A DNA stretch of 64,000 nucleotides from Mobula hypostoma. Taxonomy: Eukaryota. The translations under genes and the position numbers were made by a program. Of this stretch, positions 1 to 11,749 are shown piece after piece (the first letter of the stretch is position 1; each line of letters begins with the position of its first letter). The stretch covers positions 30,444,001 to 30,508,000 of the forward strand of contig NC_086109.1 in the NCBI RefSeq assembly GCF_963921235.1. Reading direction: 5' to 3'. The notes below the pieces were generated by a model. It had not been told where the DNA came from, ran no database searches, and worked only from the letters and a program-made list of their open reading frames with translations.

Positions 1-6
1 AAGGAA

Positions 7-243
7 TTGAGAAGTTTTATTGAAATGATGAAGTCTCAGCATAAAAAAGAGATTACACAGTTAATTAATGAATTGCGATTTCTTCTCAAAGACCTCAAGA
101 AAGTGCCAACTTCAGAGTTTCCATTAACTGATGCAGACCAGACTAAACATGAAAATAACAACAAAACACAAGAACTGTGTGCACCATGTAGAAGGTCTAC
201 TCGTGTTCATAAACCACCAGAGAGACTGATAGAGACATGTTAA
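7..243 (+). pseudogene. C-terminal tail of Ty3/Gypsy pol (integrase end), truncated by the window edge
   Basis: ORF ends RRSTRVHKPPERLIETC, the R-x-S-x-R-x-x-x-P-P-x-R tail typical of Gypsy integrases, and is followed by a PPT and LTR. Confidence 0.65.
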
Positions 244-288
244 ATTCTGTATTTGCTTTGATTAATGTTGCTAATTGTTTTTCTTTTT

Positions 289-301
289 AAGGAAAGGAAG
301 A
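289..301 (+). promoter_or_regulatory. Polypurine tract (plus-strand primer) of the LTR retrotransposon
   Basis: AAGGAAAGGAAGA directly precedes TGTAGTG at 302. Confidence 0.7.
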
Positions 302-497
302 TGTAGTGACATCACATGTCACATGAAAGAACGTGATTGGACAGGGCTATGAGCATACACAGAACTGACAGAATGATCGAGATGCTTGTATGTTTAGACG
401 TGGTTGCTGTTTGCTGTTGTAAATAAAAGTTCTAGTTATGTTCTTCCAGAATATGTGTCTTTATGAGTAACCCACGGTATGTATAAAGAACACAACA
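302..497 (+). mobile_element. Short (~196 bp) 3' LTR of a Gypsy element
   Basis: Starts TGTAGTG, ends CACAACA (6/7 inverted match), internal AATAAA at 422-427, follows the PPT. Confidence 0.7.
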
Positions 498-653
498 TGT
501 ATCAAGTTCCATTACTCGATAATATACACGCATTATGAATGTGTTTACTTCTAATGACCATTTCATGGGTGTCTTTCTTCTCTTAACTCCTTGAGTGATC
601 CCAGCATAAATTGACTGCTTCCCTGAGAATAACATTTTTGCTAGGTCATGCAC
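498..653 (-). mobile_element. Possible N-terminal remnant of an R4/Dong-like non-LTR retrotransposon, cut by the LTR element
   Basis: Minus frame reads RRKTPMKWSLEVNTFIMRVYYRVMELDT, resembling the N-terminus of RLE-type R4/Dong elements; similarity stops at the LTR boundary. Confidence 0.35.
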
Positions 654-1537
654 TCACTCAAGGTTTAATTTGTAACCACAATCAAGTAGATCCAAGAAGA
701 ATAACTCTATATCTATACAGATATAAAATTCTATACAGTGTAGTTTTTCCAATTTTGGTTGAGCAGTGCTACAGTGTTGCCCATATTGTTCATGCTCTTC
801 ATAGATCACAAAGTGACAAATCTAGTTTACAATCAAGAGTGGAGCAAGTTAGAAGTAAAATTTTGTTTTGAATTAAATGTATCTAACTGGTATAAAGAAA
901 CCTTGTTTAATATAACCCTCAGATGCTCTCTTACATCTTGATCCATATAAATCCAAGGAAATTCGGCATTCTGTTTGTTTCAGAGAGAAGGCCAATGCAT
1001 TTTTCCTGGGTACATTTTAGAGACAAAATACCTGTACAGCATAAAGCTAAAAAACATAGACTAAATAATTAATAGCATTATTTTTCTGGGCACGTTATAG
1101 TGATATGCCATTTCCCTCATCAAAAATTGTTAGCTATTTAGTGCACGTCTGACCCTTTTCATTAAAATCAATAGATTGAAAGCTAATGTTTTGAGTGACA
1201 TGGCTGAGGTAGGATTAATTACTTGAAATTCCCAACTGTTAAAAATCTATTACTGTTGCAAAGATTAAACAATTAGCATCCGATACTATCCTGTTCGTTC
1301 ACCCGTAATTTGTAATTTTAATATTGTTGCACCATATTCCCACAGAATAATCAATTTATAAAATCAATTTGAGAATTGAAATGTTCCATAGATTGTAAGT
1401 TCATAAAAATCAGTATCCACAATGAATGCCGGTGCTCTAATAATTTTAATTTTCTTGTTATTCACCATTATTTCAATCAGTTATGCCCAAAGTAACACTC
1501 ATGTTCTTCAAATTCCCTCAAACCATTCTCAATGTTA

Positions 1538-1640
1538 GACCCATAAAACATAGGAGAAAAATTAGGCCATTCGGTCTATCAAGTGAGCTCTGCCATTCCA
1601 TCATGGTTGATTTATTATCCCTCTCATCCCCATTCTCTCC
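1538..1640 (-). mobile_element. CR1 LINE 3' tail fragment
   Basis: Reverse complement of the CR1 3' UTR (taggccattcgg...ccattccatcatggttgat) seen repeatedly in the window. Confidence 0.6.
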
Positions 1641-2233
1641 ATATGCATAAATCATGCTCTTCACAATGGTTTATATTCTTCCATGTCATTCTAATCCACA
1701 ACATATTAAGAACTTTAAAAATTCCACTTAACGCACATGGTTTACTTTATGTTTTATGCAACTACGTAACTATTGATAATTAATAGCCAAGCTCATACCA
1801 ATAAAAATATCAGAATATCACTTTATAACTACTTTCACCTTATAAAAGTGGACAAGTATATTCACTTAACTACTAGGCATGCAAGTGAAACAGCAGTAAA
1901 ATCATCTTTTAATTTGTGACAAGCTAATTAGGGTTATATTTATATTTTGTATGATTCTAGTGCATCAGTTATTGTGGGTTCCTTTGTCCTAAAGGATATT
2001 TCCTAAACTTCTTCTTTATTGAGAAGGTAATATTCTACTTATTTTGTAATTGACTACAGCTATTATATTTAAAAAGTACCTCATTGGCGGTAAAGTGATA
2101 TTCTGGAAAACAGCTGGAAAGTCCTTCATCTACGGTGCTGTTTCTTCACTTTTGAATGTTTACACATTCTTTTCATAAGACAAGCAGCTCTATATAATTG
2201 TCATTCAGTTAACAAACTGCAGTACCTCCAAAC

Positions 2234-2312
2234 CAGGGTTCCTAACCTTTTTTATGTCATGGACCCCTACCATTAACCACGGGGTGTATGAAACCCAGGC
2301 TGGAAACCCCTG
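2234..2312. mobile_element. 79-bp hAT (Charlie-type) MITE
   Basis: TIRs CAGGGTTCCTAACC / GGCTGGAAACCCCTG; 8-bp TSD ctccaaac / ctctaaac (7/8). Confidence 0.8.
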
Positions 2313-3351
2313 CTCTAAACAGTTTTTCCATGTATTGCTGAAATATGTTTTATTTCACTGCTTCTGTGAAGGCAAGATCTTCACGGAATCCACTGCAGCT
2401 AGATGTTTTGCAGTGGGCATCATGCAGAAGGGGAACGATGGAAATGGTTGGACCAAAAAAATTATCAGTAAATTTATTGAGTGAAAGGGTTTGTGCATTT
2501 ACTTCGTGCTGTGGTTTACTCTCAAAAGTTGCTTCAGAGGGCAGATGAGGGATTGTCTCTAAGAACATGTATTGTTGGAATGCAAAAAGATAGAGTTTTT
2601 ATTTGGTCAAGTATTATCGGGCAGGAAGGTTTGTCATAACAATTCTAGATATAAAATAAAAAATGGAGCTTATGTATATTAAAAATGGATGGAAAACAAT
2701 GATTGATAAAAGTCATTGAGGTTAATCTGTTTGAAGTTTGTACTGCCTGCGATGAAATGAATATGCTGCACTACTGTCAAAACAGCTCTTAAAGTAGTGT
2801 CAACTGCAAAGTGAATAAGATCCCATTATGACAATTTGAAAGTTTAATCTCTATGATTTTAAAAATTTCCTAACACTTGGTAGCTATTTTCATCTTCCAG
2901 CCATCAATGCTGATTTGAATGCCTCAGTATTAGAACTTGTAACCACTAGGAACCATCTTTGAATTTTCTCAGTAATACTTGTCTCTAGTATCTTTCTTAA
3001 TATATATTTTTCTCGCTGTTTACTTTTTTTTACAGGATTGTGCAAGTGAGTTCCTGGATATCTAGAGAACATAAAATGTCTCAATCAAATTATCAGCAAA
3101 TGTTTCCATCAATGTCAACAAGAATGAAATTTGATCAGTGGGAACTTGGATGGTGCTTCTAAAGGAGTGAAGAGGATGATGGTAATAAGATTCCAAGGGA
3201 GAATATGATAAGCAAAAAGAGTTTGCTGTTGCCACCTCAAAATGTTTTCTGACAGGATTCCTTTTATATGAGTAGACCAAAGATAAAGCAGGCCACCCAT
3301 CTACCATCAAAAATGCCTGATATGTCGTCCAAGCAAGCATTGTACATTGTT

Positions 3352-3549
3352 ACACACAAAAAATGCTGGAGGAACTGAGCAGGTCAGGTGGCATCAATGG
3401 AAATATTTTGGGCCAGGATCATTCATCAGCCTGATATGTTGACTGTACATTCATTTCTACAGATGCTGCCTGACCTGCTGAGTTCCTTCTGCATTTGTGT
3501 GTGTTGTTCTGGATTTCCAGCATCAGCCAAGTTTCTAGTGTTTACGAAC
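3352..3549. mobile_element. Palindromic Penelope-like terminal remnant
   Basis: acacacaaaaatgctggaggaactgagcaggtcagg is inverted as cctgacctgctgagttccttctgcatttgtgtgt; possible decayed TSD tgtacattgtt / tggacattatt. Confidence 0.65.
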
Positions 3550-3861
3550 TGGACATTATTGGACATCTCTGAGCATTTCTCGGGTCATCTGCACATTAAT
3601 GCATCAGGTACATGGAGGACCTGGAATGAAAATTACAGATGCCATTTAATGGACAATGTCCCCATTTTCAATTAAAACTATGTAGATTTTCATTGAAGTA
3701 TAATTTCACAGTGCACATCATTGTAGGCTATCTGATCTAATGACTTCACAGTTATATGGTCATCAAATATGTTATGTGGGTTTTACACAAATACTTAGCA
3801 AGTATATGGGTTACTGATCCTCTGTATTCTACCATATTTTACACATTATGATATTTCTTTG

Positions 3862-5540
3862 GAACACAAGAGACCACAGATGCTGGAATCTAGAGCAACA
3901 TAACAATCTACTGGAGGAAATCAGTGTGTCAAGCAGCATTTGTGGCAGGAAAAGGATTGTCATCATTTTAGGTTGAAACCCTTGTTACGTACCCCGTAAC
4001 TGGGTTGCCAAACCAGCAGAAATGGATCACTCAGTTGGAGTCTGGAGTACTAGAACTAAGAAAGTTTTATTAAAGAAACAAGCAACACATTAATCGAAAG
4101 GATAATAAATGCAACAGTTCAGCGATGATAAACGCACATGTGCACAGAATTAAGATAACCGCATCAATCAAGCTCTATCGTTGTCTAGGGGTAAATGACC
4201 AATTTCAAAATGACTCAAAGTTCAGTCCAGTTTGTAGTTCAGTTCGCAGTAATCGTTGTCATGGCGATGGACAAGGTGGGGAAGAGAGACATAGATTAGG
4301 AACAACTCATCATTCAGCACAGCTTCACTCACAGACCAGCGAGATGGCTCACAAACAGCATTTGGGCGGGTCCTTGGTGATGTCACCTGAGGTCACCGAC
4401 TGTGACCCCTCCTCCAGATGCGGTCGATCCTCTGCAGTGAACCCGGCACCCAGGCAAGGGCGGACACACACCGGGTTCCCGCTGATCGTACCTTTCCACC
4501 CTTGTCGTTGTCTGGTACTTCTCACCCACTCGTGAGAAGCGCACCGCTTCCAGGGTCTCGTTACCTCGGGTGGCGTGTGTGTCTGTCTTAGCGAACCTGT
4601 CCCTTTTTATCCCCCTGCTGGGGTATCGCCTGTCCATCACTTCAAACAGTTCAGGGTTCAAAGGGGGGAGCCGCTCCAGACAGCTCTTCCTCCCACATCC
4701 CTTCATTACACATCTCCAGACGCTGCTCCATTGTTCCTTATCTCTCCTTCCCCTGAGGGCAGGTGGCAGACCAACTGCTGATGCCACTGATGCTAGCCCA
4801 GGCCAGCAAACATCTTAATTTTATGTGTATTCTCGTAACACCCTGAATCAGCACTGAGAGTGGAGAGGCCTGTGCAAAGAGAGGGATAGTGGTGAGAAAG
4901 GAGTCAGAGGCACCTGTAGACCGAGGATGGGTTTAAGATGACAGGCAGGAGATTCCAGGTAGGGAAGGTGAGCAGGGAGGCAGTGGAATGTGATTGACAG
5001 ATAGTAGTAGACAAAGAGAGGAAAAAATGCAGAAGCAGATGCAGCAAGATGTAGGGGCATTAAGGTGAAATTTTTAGCTGCTAGAGGGAGATAAGTAGGA
5101 ACACAAAGGGCTACTAGTGCTGAATTCTGATAAGTAAAGCTGTTAAGCATTACGGGAGAGGAGAATGGCAATTGGAACCAGAACCAGAAAGGGAAGGAAG
5201 TGGGGAAGAACACTGGGTGAGCTCTATGTGTAGTGGATGGATGGAAACAGGGAGGGGCAGGGGATGGAGATCATGAACAGGGTGCTAAGGATATGAAGAA
5301 TAAGCGACAAAAATAAGAGCGCCAGAAGAGGATTGCAATGGGGAAAATAGGAGTAGGGGAAAGGCAAGAAAAACAACACACCAATTACTGAAAATAAGAA
5401 CAGTCAGAAATTTATGCCATTGGGTTGCAGATTACCCAGGCAGAATTTGATGTGTTGTTCCTTCACTTTCTGTTGCATCTCACCTGGCAGTAGTGAAACT
5501 AAGGGTGGACAAAGCTGTGTTGGAATGTGAAGAGGAATTT
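3862..5540 (-). mobile_element. Decayed Penelope-like element, interrupted by a solo LTR
   Basis: PLE terminal motif at 3862-3982 and a purine-rich segment at 4845-5540 resembling 35183-35700 and 63570-64000. Confidence 0.55.
3983..4840 (-). mobile_element. Solo LTR (858 bp), copy 1
   Basis: TGTTACG...CGTAACA perfect terminal inverted 7-mer, 4-bp TSD CCCT, near-identical inverted copy at 30296-31154. Confidence 0.92.
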
Positions 5541-6101
5541 AAATTATATTTAAAAAAAATTTATCTGCTGGTAAATATTTAGATTAGAGTTTTGCTGCAA
5601 GCAATGCTGACTTTTGGATGAGTAACTATTGTCATCAATTTTTAAAAATTCCTTTAGTTTAATTCTGATGATTTATTTCTTCAGGTCTAACTGCCACGTG
5701 TAATTAAGTGTAGTTGAAAGTATTGGTAGCTACGTGTAATTAAGTGTGTGGGTAGGAAAAATTAGACTCCATAACATATAATGAAATATAGGAATAGAAA
5801 TATAATTACTGAGAGGTTATACAGTTTCTTGACACCGTGAAGTCTATGAATATAATATTTGTGGTCAATGTTTAAATAATTGAATAAAACCCTCATAACT
5901 GCCCAGAAGAATGATTAACACTCTTCTGGCCATTTTAAATCACTAAATGGAAGATGAAGTTAAAAATTGAAAGTTGTTCTTTGCTGATGATTTTTATAGA
6001 GTTTTGGTAACCAAATTTAAATTCTCAGATTCACATATTCAAACATACATACTCACATTTAATTGTAATTTTATTTCTGTTAACAGAAATGATTTATTTA
6101 C

Positions 6102-6322
6102 TTTATTTTAGAGATGCAACATGGTAATAGGCCCTTCTGACGCAACAGACCCACATTGCCCAATTACACCCATGTGACTAAGTTTTTGGAATATGGTAGG
6201 AAACTGGAGTACCCAGAGGAAACCCATGTCATCACAGGGTGAATGCACAAATTCCTTACAGACAGTGGCAGAATTGAACTTGGGTTAATGACGCTGTAAT
6301 AGAGTCATGCTACTGTGCCACC
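6102..6322 (-). mobile_element. HE1-like (V-domain) tRNA-derived SINE
   Basis: ggaaactggagtacccagaggaaacccatg...tgcacaaattccttacagac is the reverse complement of the V-SINE core. Confidence 0.65.
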
Positions 6323-6339
6323 ACAAAACATGTCCTCAA

Positions 6340-6680
6340 TTGAGGAGATTGAGAGACCTGGATAAAACGGACAAGAAAAGGGTGCTTCCAGTGGTGGGAG
6401 AGTCTAGGACACAGCCACAAAATTGAGAGACATCTATTTAGAACAGAAATGAAGAGGAATTTCTTTAGCTGGAGGGTGGTGAATCTGTGGAATTCATTGC
6501 CATAGACACCATGGAGGCTAAGTCATTGGGTGTTTTTAAAAGGGATGTTGATTTGTTTTTGATCAGTAAAGATATCACAGGTTATGGAGAAGGCAGGAGA
6601 ATGGGGTTGAGAGGGAAAATTAATCAGCCATGATTAACTTTATGAGTTAAATAGCCTAATTTTGCTCCTATGTTTTAGGG
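6340..6680 (+). mobile_element. CR1 LINE 3' end fragment
   Basis: Decayed match to RNFF..RVVNLWNSLP coding sequence plus CR1 3' UTR. Confidence 0.7.
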
Positions 6681-8282
6681 TTGTATGTCTGTACTCAATG
6701 TATGTCCATCTCACTTTTCATTTAATCCCAGCTAACGCTGTTAGCATAGCACTCTATTCCTTTATTTCTCTTGATTTTACCTAGCTTTCTCTTAAATGCA
6801 TCTACATCCTTCATCTTACATATTCATCGTAGCTGTGAATTTCCAATTCTTTGGGTTAGAATCTTTCTGCATTATTCCTTAGAGGATTTACTATTCAATT
6901 TCAGTCTACTGTTGTAAATACTTTATAAACATTGTTGTAGAAATTCAATCACAACATTTTCCTTTAAATCAGAAATATAAAATGTGATTATGGTCATTTC
7001 CTATCATGTCAAAAATGCAACCAGCCACATCTCGATACAAAATATCTCTGCAGATTGATTTCGTGATTGTTAAATTGGTTCCTAGTCTGCGACAGAATTA
7101 TCATGCAGGGTATGCAGAGTAATACACAGGAAATATGAGGAGCTCTAATAATTTACATGATTTATTTAAGCTTTCTCCCCCACAGAATGTACAAGTTCAG
7201 AGCATAGCTATGGTCAAAATGTCATCCAGTTATGTTACTGCCATTTATATACAGTATACTGCTTTCCCAGACTTTTAAAAGAAAGAAACTAGATTTGCAA
7301 CCTTTATAAATTTACTAGCTTAATCACTCAACAGGCATTCAAATTTTGCTTCAACTTCATAACTCTACTGGTGTTGTTTGTGTTGATATTGAAAACAAGA
7401 CAGATATTGATGCAGATTTATTTTTTCAACAATTGCAAGAAGCACTTTGAGAGTATATTCAAACTCTTAGTTTTCACTCTTCTTTTGGGCATCTAACGGT
7501 TTATTTAAATATGTCACTGACTCTTATCAGACAATTCTTGGAGACATACATTAGGTGGCTATTTGATTAGGTGCCTCCTGTACCTAATAAAGTGGCCACT
7601 GAGTGTATATTCATGGTCTTCTGCTGTTGTAACCCTTTTATTCAAAGGTTCAATGTGTTGTGTATTCAGAGATGCTCTTCTGCACACCAGTGTTGTAACA
7701 CGTGCTTATTTGAGTTACTGTCACCTTCCTGTCAGCTTGAACCAGTCCAGCCATTCTCCTCTGACCTCTCTCATTAACAAGGAATTTTCACCAATGGAAC
7801 TGACCCTCTGTCACACGCTGCTATCGGGGTTGGTAAGCCTGCGTGACGAGGGTCACCAGTTGGAAAAACACAAATGATATGGAACAACAGCACGTTACTG
7901 CAAAGGGCTTTATTTAGCTGTAGGTGGAAAAAGTACAAAAGCTGCTCAAAAGTTGTGAAGAAAAATATTTACAAGTTGACAAATTAAAACAAACAATGTA
8001 CAAACATTTACAAATATACAGAGGCTTCCTTCATGGCACACTTTGTATTTAACTTTCCAATAAAACTGTTCACCAACAGTGAACTCCAACCTCCGTATCC
8101 CTCAAGCAAAGCCAGTTTGAGGGTTTAAACCTGCCTCCAGCTGGCCTAAAAGGACCAGGAAATTCTACTGTTGGTCTTGGGGGGTGGAGGGGGGAGTAAT
8201 CACATGACCAGACCATAATAATTATTTCAGTTGCAGAAGTGGAACATCTTAACATTTTAAAACAGGGATTCCAATGTCCTAC

Positions 8283-8372
8283 GATCAGCCATGATCATAC
8301 TGAATGGCGGTGCAGGCTCGAAGGGCCGAATGGCCTACTCCTGCACCTATTTTCTATGTTTCTATGTTTCTA
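8283..8372 (+). mobile_element. CR1 3' tail inserted into the left LTR
   Basis: gatcagccatgatc...ggcctactcctgcacctat(tttctatg)n; absent at the equivalent position of the right LTR. Confidence 0.8.
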
Positions 8373-8893
8373 CAGTTTTAGTTCACAACAAATGCATTGG
8401 TTCAACTTGTAGATCAGTGTGCACATGCTCAATGAATATAAAAGAATAATACCTCCCCAACCAGTGGAGTTGCCTTTGTAGGGTGTAGGGTGCCTGCTCC
8501 CACTAATCCAGGCATTATTTTAGGACGCACCAAACTGTCCCTCACATCTTTTGGGGCTATTCTGCTGTCTGCAAACTGATGTAACAGTGTGAGTGAGAAA
8601 CTGCGTGGAATGTCCATGTCTAGAATCCTTATTTTTATGAGTTATAAACTAGTAGAGCACGTTAACTGAAGGGATAGTTTTGATTATTCAAGCTAGCAAT
8701 TGTTTTACTGTTGGGGTGTGTAAATGGTGAACTCCCAAGAACTGCAGATACAGTGTGTGAACTACTGGGGAAACTAGACCAGGGACAGAACGAGGAGGAG
8801 TGACTAACCTGGCAAAGGGGCAAGGTTAGCAGGAGAATTAGCACTGTTCTGTCACATCACCCCCACCTCTTCTGGATTGCACAAGGTCGGCAA

Positions 8894-10102
8894 TCAGGAG
8901 AGATAGACTGCCCTGACGTTGTACTGACCTGCCTTATGACGAATGTTGAAATGGAATGGTTGTAGAGCCAGGTGCCATCTCATGATGCATATATTGTGGT
9001 CTTTCATGGAGTGGGTCCAGGTGAATGCTTTGTGGTTGGTCTCCAGAACAAATTCTCTGCCTAGTAGGCAATACCGGAGGCTCTCCAAGGCCCATTTTAT
9101 GGCAGAATTTCCTTCTCGACAGTGGAATACCTTGTCTCCCATGGTAGCAGCTTCAGACTAAGGTAGAATACCAACTGTTCTTCTTCCCCTTTCCCCAGGT
9201 CAGGACTGCTCCAATGCCCCCTGCTGAGGCAACGACTTGGATGCTGAATGGTGTGGTGAAGTCTGGGCTGATGAGGACCAGCTGGAAACACAAAGTTTCC
9301 CTCAGAGGCACAAAGGCTTCCTCACATTCTTTAGTCCACCAGACCAGATTCTTTGCAGACTTCAGTGTTAGTTCTGTTAGTGGGACTACCAAGGTGGCCG
9401 ACTGAAGATTGAAACGGTGATACCACCCAGTTAATCCCAGAATGGCCAGACCCATTTCTTTTTGCAGGGCCGAAGACTATTTCTGATGGCCTCGATCTTG
9501 TCAACCACAGGCTGAACTAGTCCTCGCCCTAGCTGGTAGCCCAGGTACCATGTCTCAGCACGGGCCCACCCGCACTTCTGGATGTTCAGTGTCAAGCCGG
9601 CAGGTGCAATCTTCTTCAGGACATCCTCAAGGTGCTCCAGGTGGTCCTCCCAGCTAGTGCTGAAGATGACCACATCATCCAGGAAGGCTGCACAATACTT
9701 CTCGCATCCACTCAGCACACGGTCAATCAGCCATTGGAAGGTCCCAGAGGCTCCATGCAGCCCGAAGGGCGGGACAGTGAAATGAAAGAGGCCAAGGGGA
9801 GTGCTGAATGCGGTGTGCTCACGGCAGTCCTTCGCCAGCGGGATCCTCCAATGACCCTTGCGGAACTCAAGGGCTGTTATAAACTTGGCATGGCCCAGAC
9901 TTTCCAACAACTCATCAATCCGCAGCATGGGGTAGGCATCGAACCTGGAGACGGCATTGATGTTTTGGAAGTCAGTGCAAACCTTCAGGGACCCATTAGG
10001 CTTTGGCACACTCACCACTGGGCTGCACCTCTCCTTCTCCGAGAGCTCGATCACTCCCAGGTCCAACATGATGAGGATCTCGGCCTTGAGTGGTTCCACC
10101 AA
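8894..10102 (-). pseudogene. Gypsy reverse transcriptase and RNase H, frameshifted
   Basis: Motifs SPVVSVPKPNGSLKVCTDF, PFGLHGA, AFLDD (catalytic), GLTGWYHRF, YSTVEKE, RWHLALQPFHF. Confidence 0.9.
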
Positions 10103-11448
10103 CCTCTCTGGGACTCGATAAGGTCACTGCTGGATAGGGCACTGTTGTCCTTCAAGCAAATGGTGTGCAATGTTATTGTTCAGCCAGGGCGGGACTGGAA
10201 AAGAGAGGGGTACTACTAGCAAACTTGGTTCAGCCTCTCCTGCTGTTGAGGGAGTCAGATGACCCAGACTGGGCTTTGGAGAAACACTCCAAGACTGCAG
10301 GTCTTTCATCATCTCTCCCAAAAGCTGTGAAGAAAAGAGTATTTACAAATAAACACACTGACACACTGTGTTCTTAACTTTCAGATATAGCTATTCACCA
10401 ACCTTCACACTTCTCTAGCAAAGTCAGACTGAGGGTCTAAATCTGCCTCCACCTGGCCTAGAAGGACCAGGAAATTCTACTGTTGGTTTTGGTGGGTGGC
10501 GGTGGGGGGGGGGGTGAATAATGTGACCAGACCATAACAATTATTTCAGATGCAGAACTGAAACATTTTAAACAGGGATTCTAACATTCTACAGTTTTAT
10601 TCCACAACAAATGCCTTAGTTAAACCCGCAGATTAGTGTCCACATGCTCAGATGAACATGAAAGAATAATGACTTCTCACCTGAGTAGGGTGTGGTGTTC
10701 CTGCTCCCACTAACCCAGGCATTATTTCAGGATGCTCTAAATTGTCCCTTGGGTCTTCTGCTGTCTACAAACCAATGTAAGGGCGTGATTGAAAAATGAA
10801 ATTGTTTGGAATGCCTGTGTCTAAAATCCTTATTTTTATGAGTTATAAACCAGCAGAGCATGTTAACTGAAGGGGTTAGTCTGATTAGCTAAGCCAGCAG
10901 TTGTTTACTGCTGAGATGTGTAAAAGGTGAACTCCCAAGAACTGCAGAACGGGAGGGCAAAGTGTGTGAACTACTGTGGAAACTAGACCAGGGTCAGAAC
11001 GAGGAGGAGTGACTAACCAGGCAATGGGACAAGGTTAGCGGGAGAATTGGCATTGTGAACCTTTTCTGGTACACCCTCACTGGATTTTTTTTTTTTTTGC
11101 TTTTTGCACCATTCCCTATAAACTTTAGAGACTGTTGTGTTTGAAAATCCCTGGAGATCAGCAGTTTCTGGGATTCTCAAATCAACCTGTTTGGCACCAA
11201 CAATCGCTCTACAGTCGAAGTCACTAGGATCACATTTCTTCCCCATTCTGGTGTTTGGTCTGCACAACAACTGAACCTCTTGTCCATTGTCTGCATGTTT
11301 TTATGCAATGAGTTGTTGCCACATGATTGGCTAATTAGATACTTACATTAATGAGCAAAGTGTATCAAATAAAGTGGCCACTGAGTGTATAGTATCGCTC
11401 CATAATTTTTCTAGTATACCATTTTCTCATCCCTTGGCACACAAACTA

Positions 11449-11749
11449 TGAGGGGTGAATGATAAGTTCATGGCCCAAGGTAGAAGGAGTCAGTTTTAGA
11501 AAACCTAGCACATTTATTTTTCAACATAGCTCCCCCTCCTACATTTACACACTTAGTCCAGCAGTCATGGAGCACACGGATCTTGAACCTCCAGAAAGTG
11601 TCCACACGGCGGTGATTGATAAGTTCATGGCCTAAGGTAGAAGGAGACGTGTACATGCAGTTCAACTCTTTGAGTGATTATGCAGAAAGTTTGAAGTTAA
11701 TAACTCACCTCTTTCTACCGTAGGTCACGAACTTATCAATGACCCCTGA
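11449..11749. mobile_element. Mariner-type MITE
   Basis: TA-(c/t)GAGGGGTGA.TGATAAGTTC..GGCC TIR, inverted at the right end; same family as 60940-62276. Confidence 0.75.

Larger units (their letters stand above)
7809..11073 (-). mobile_element. Decayed, internally deleted Ty3/Gypsy LTR retrotransposon (Gmr1-like layout)
   Basis: TG...CA ends with TSD CCCTC (7804-7808 / 11074-11078); related LTRs 7809-8856 and ~10318-11073; PPT 8857-8872; RT and RNase H remnants between them. Confidence 0.85.
7549..11387 (-). mobile_element. Non-autonomous Tc1-like transposon split by the Gypsy insertion
   Basis: TIR ...ataaagtggccactgagtg followed by TA at 11388, degenerate TIR after TA at 7547; transposase N-terminus MGKKCDPSDFDCRAIVGAK in ORF 11013-11270; sequence resumes across 7808/11079. 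Confidence 0.75.

Noticed and set aside
2345..2568. Overlapping short ORFs in unique sequence
   Set aside because: No recognisable motif and no convincing splice-site pair.
4125..4818. ORFs of 134-185 aa shared with 30318-30875
   Set aside because: They lie within GC-rich solo LTRs, overlap on both strands, and are frameshifted between the two copies.
9632..10219. 195-aa plus-strand ORF
   Set aside because: Antisense shadow of the Gypsy RT.
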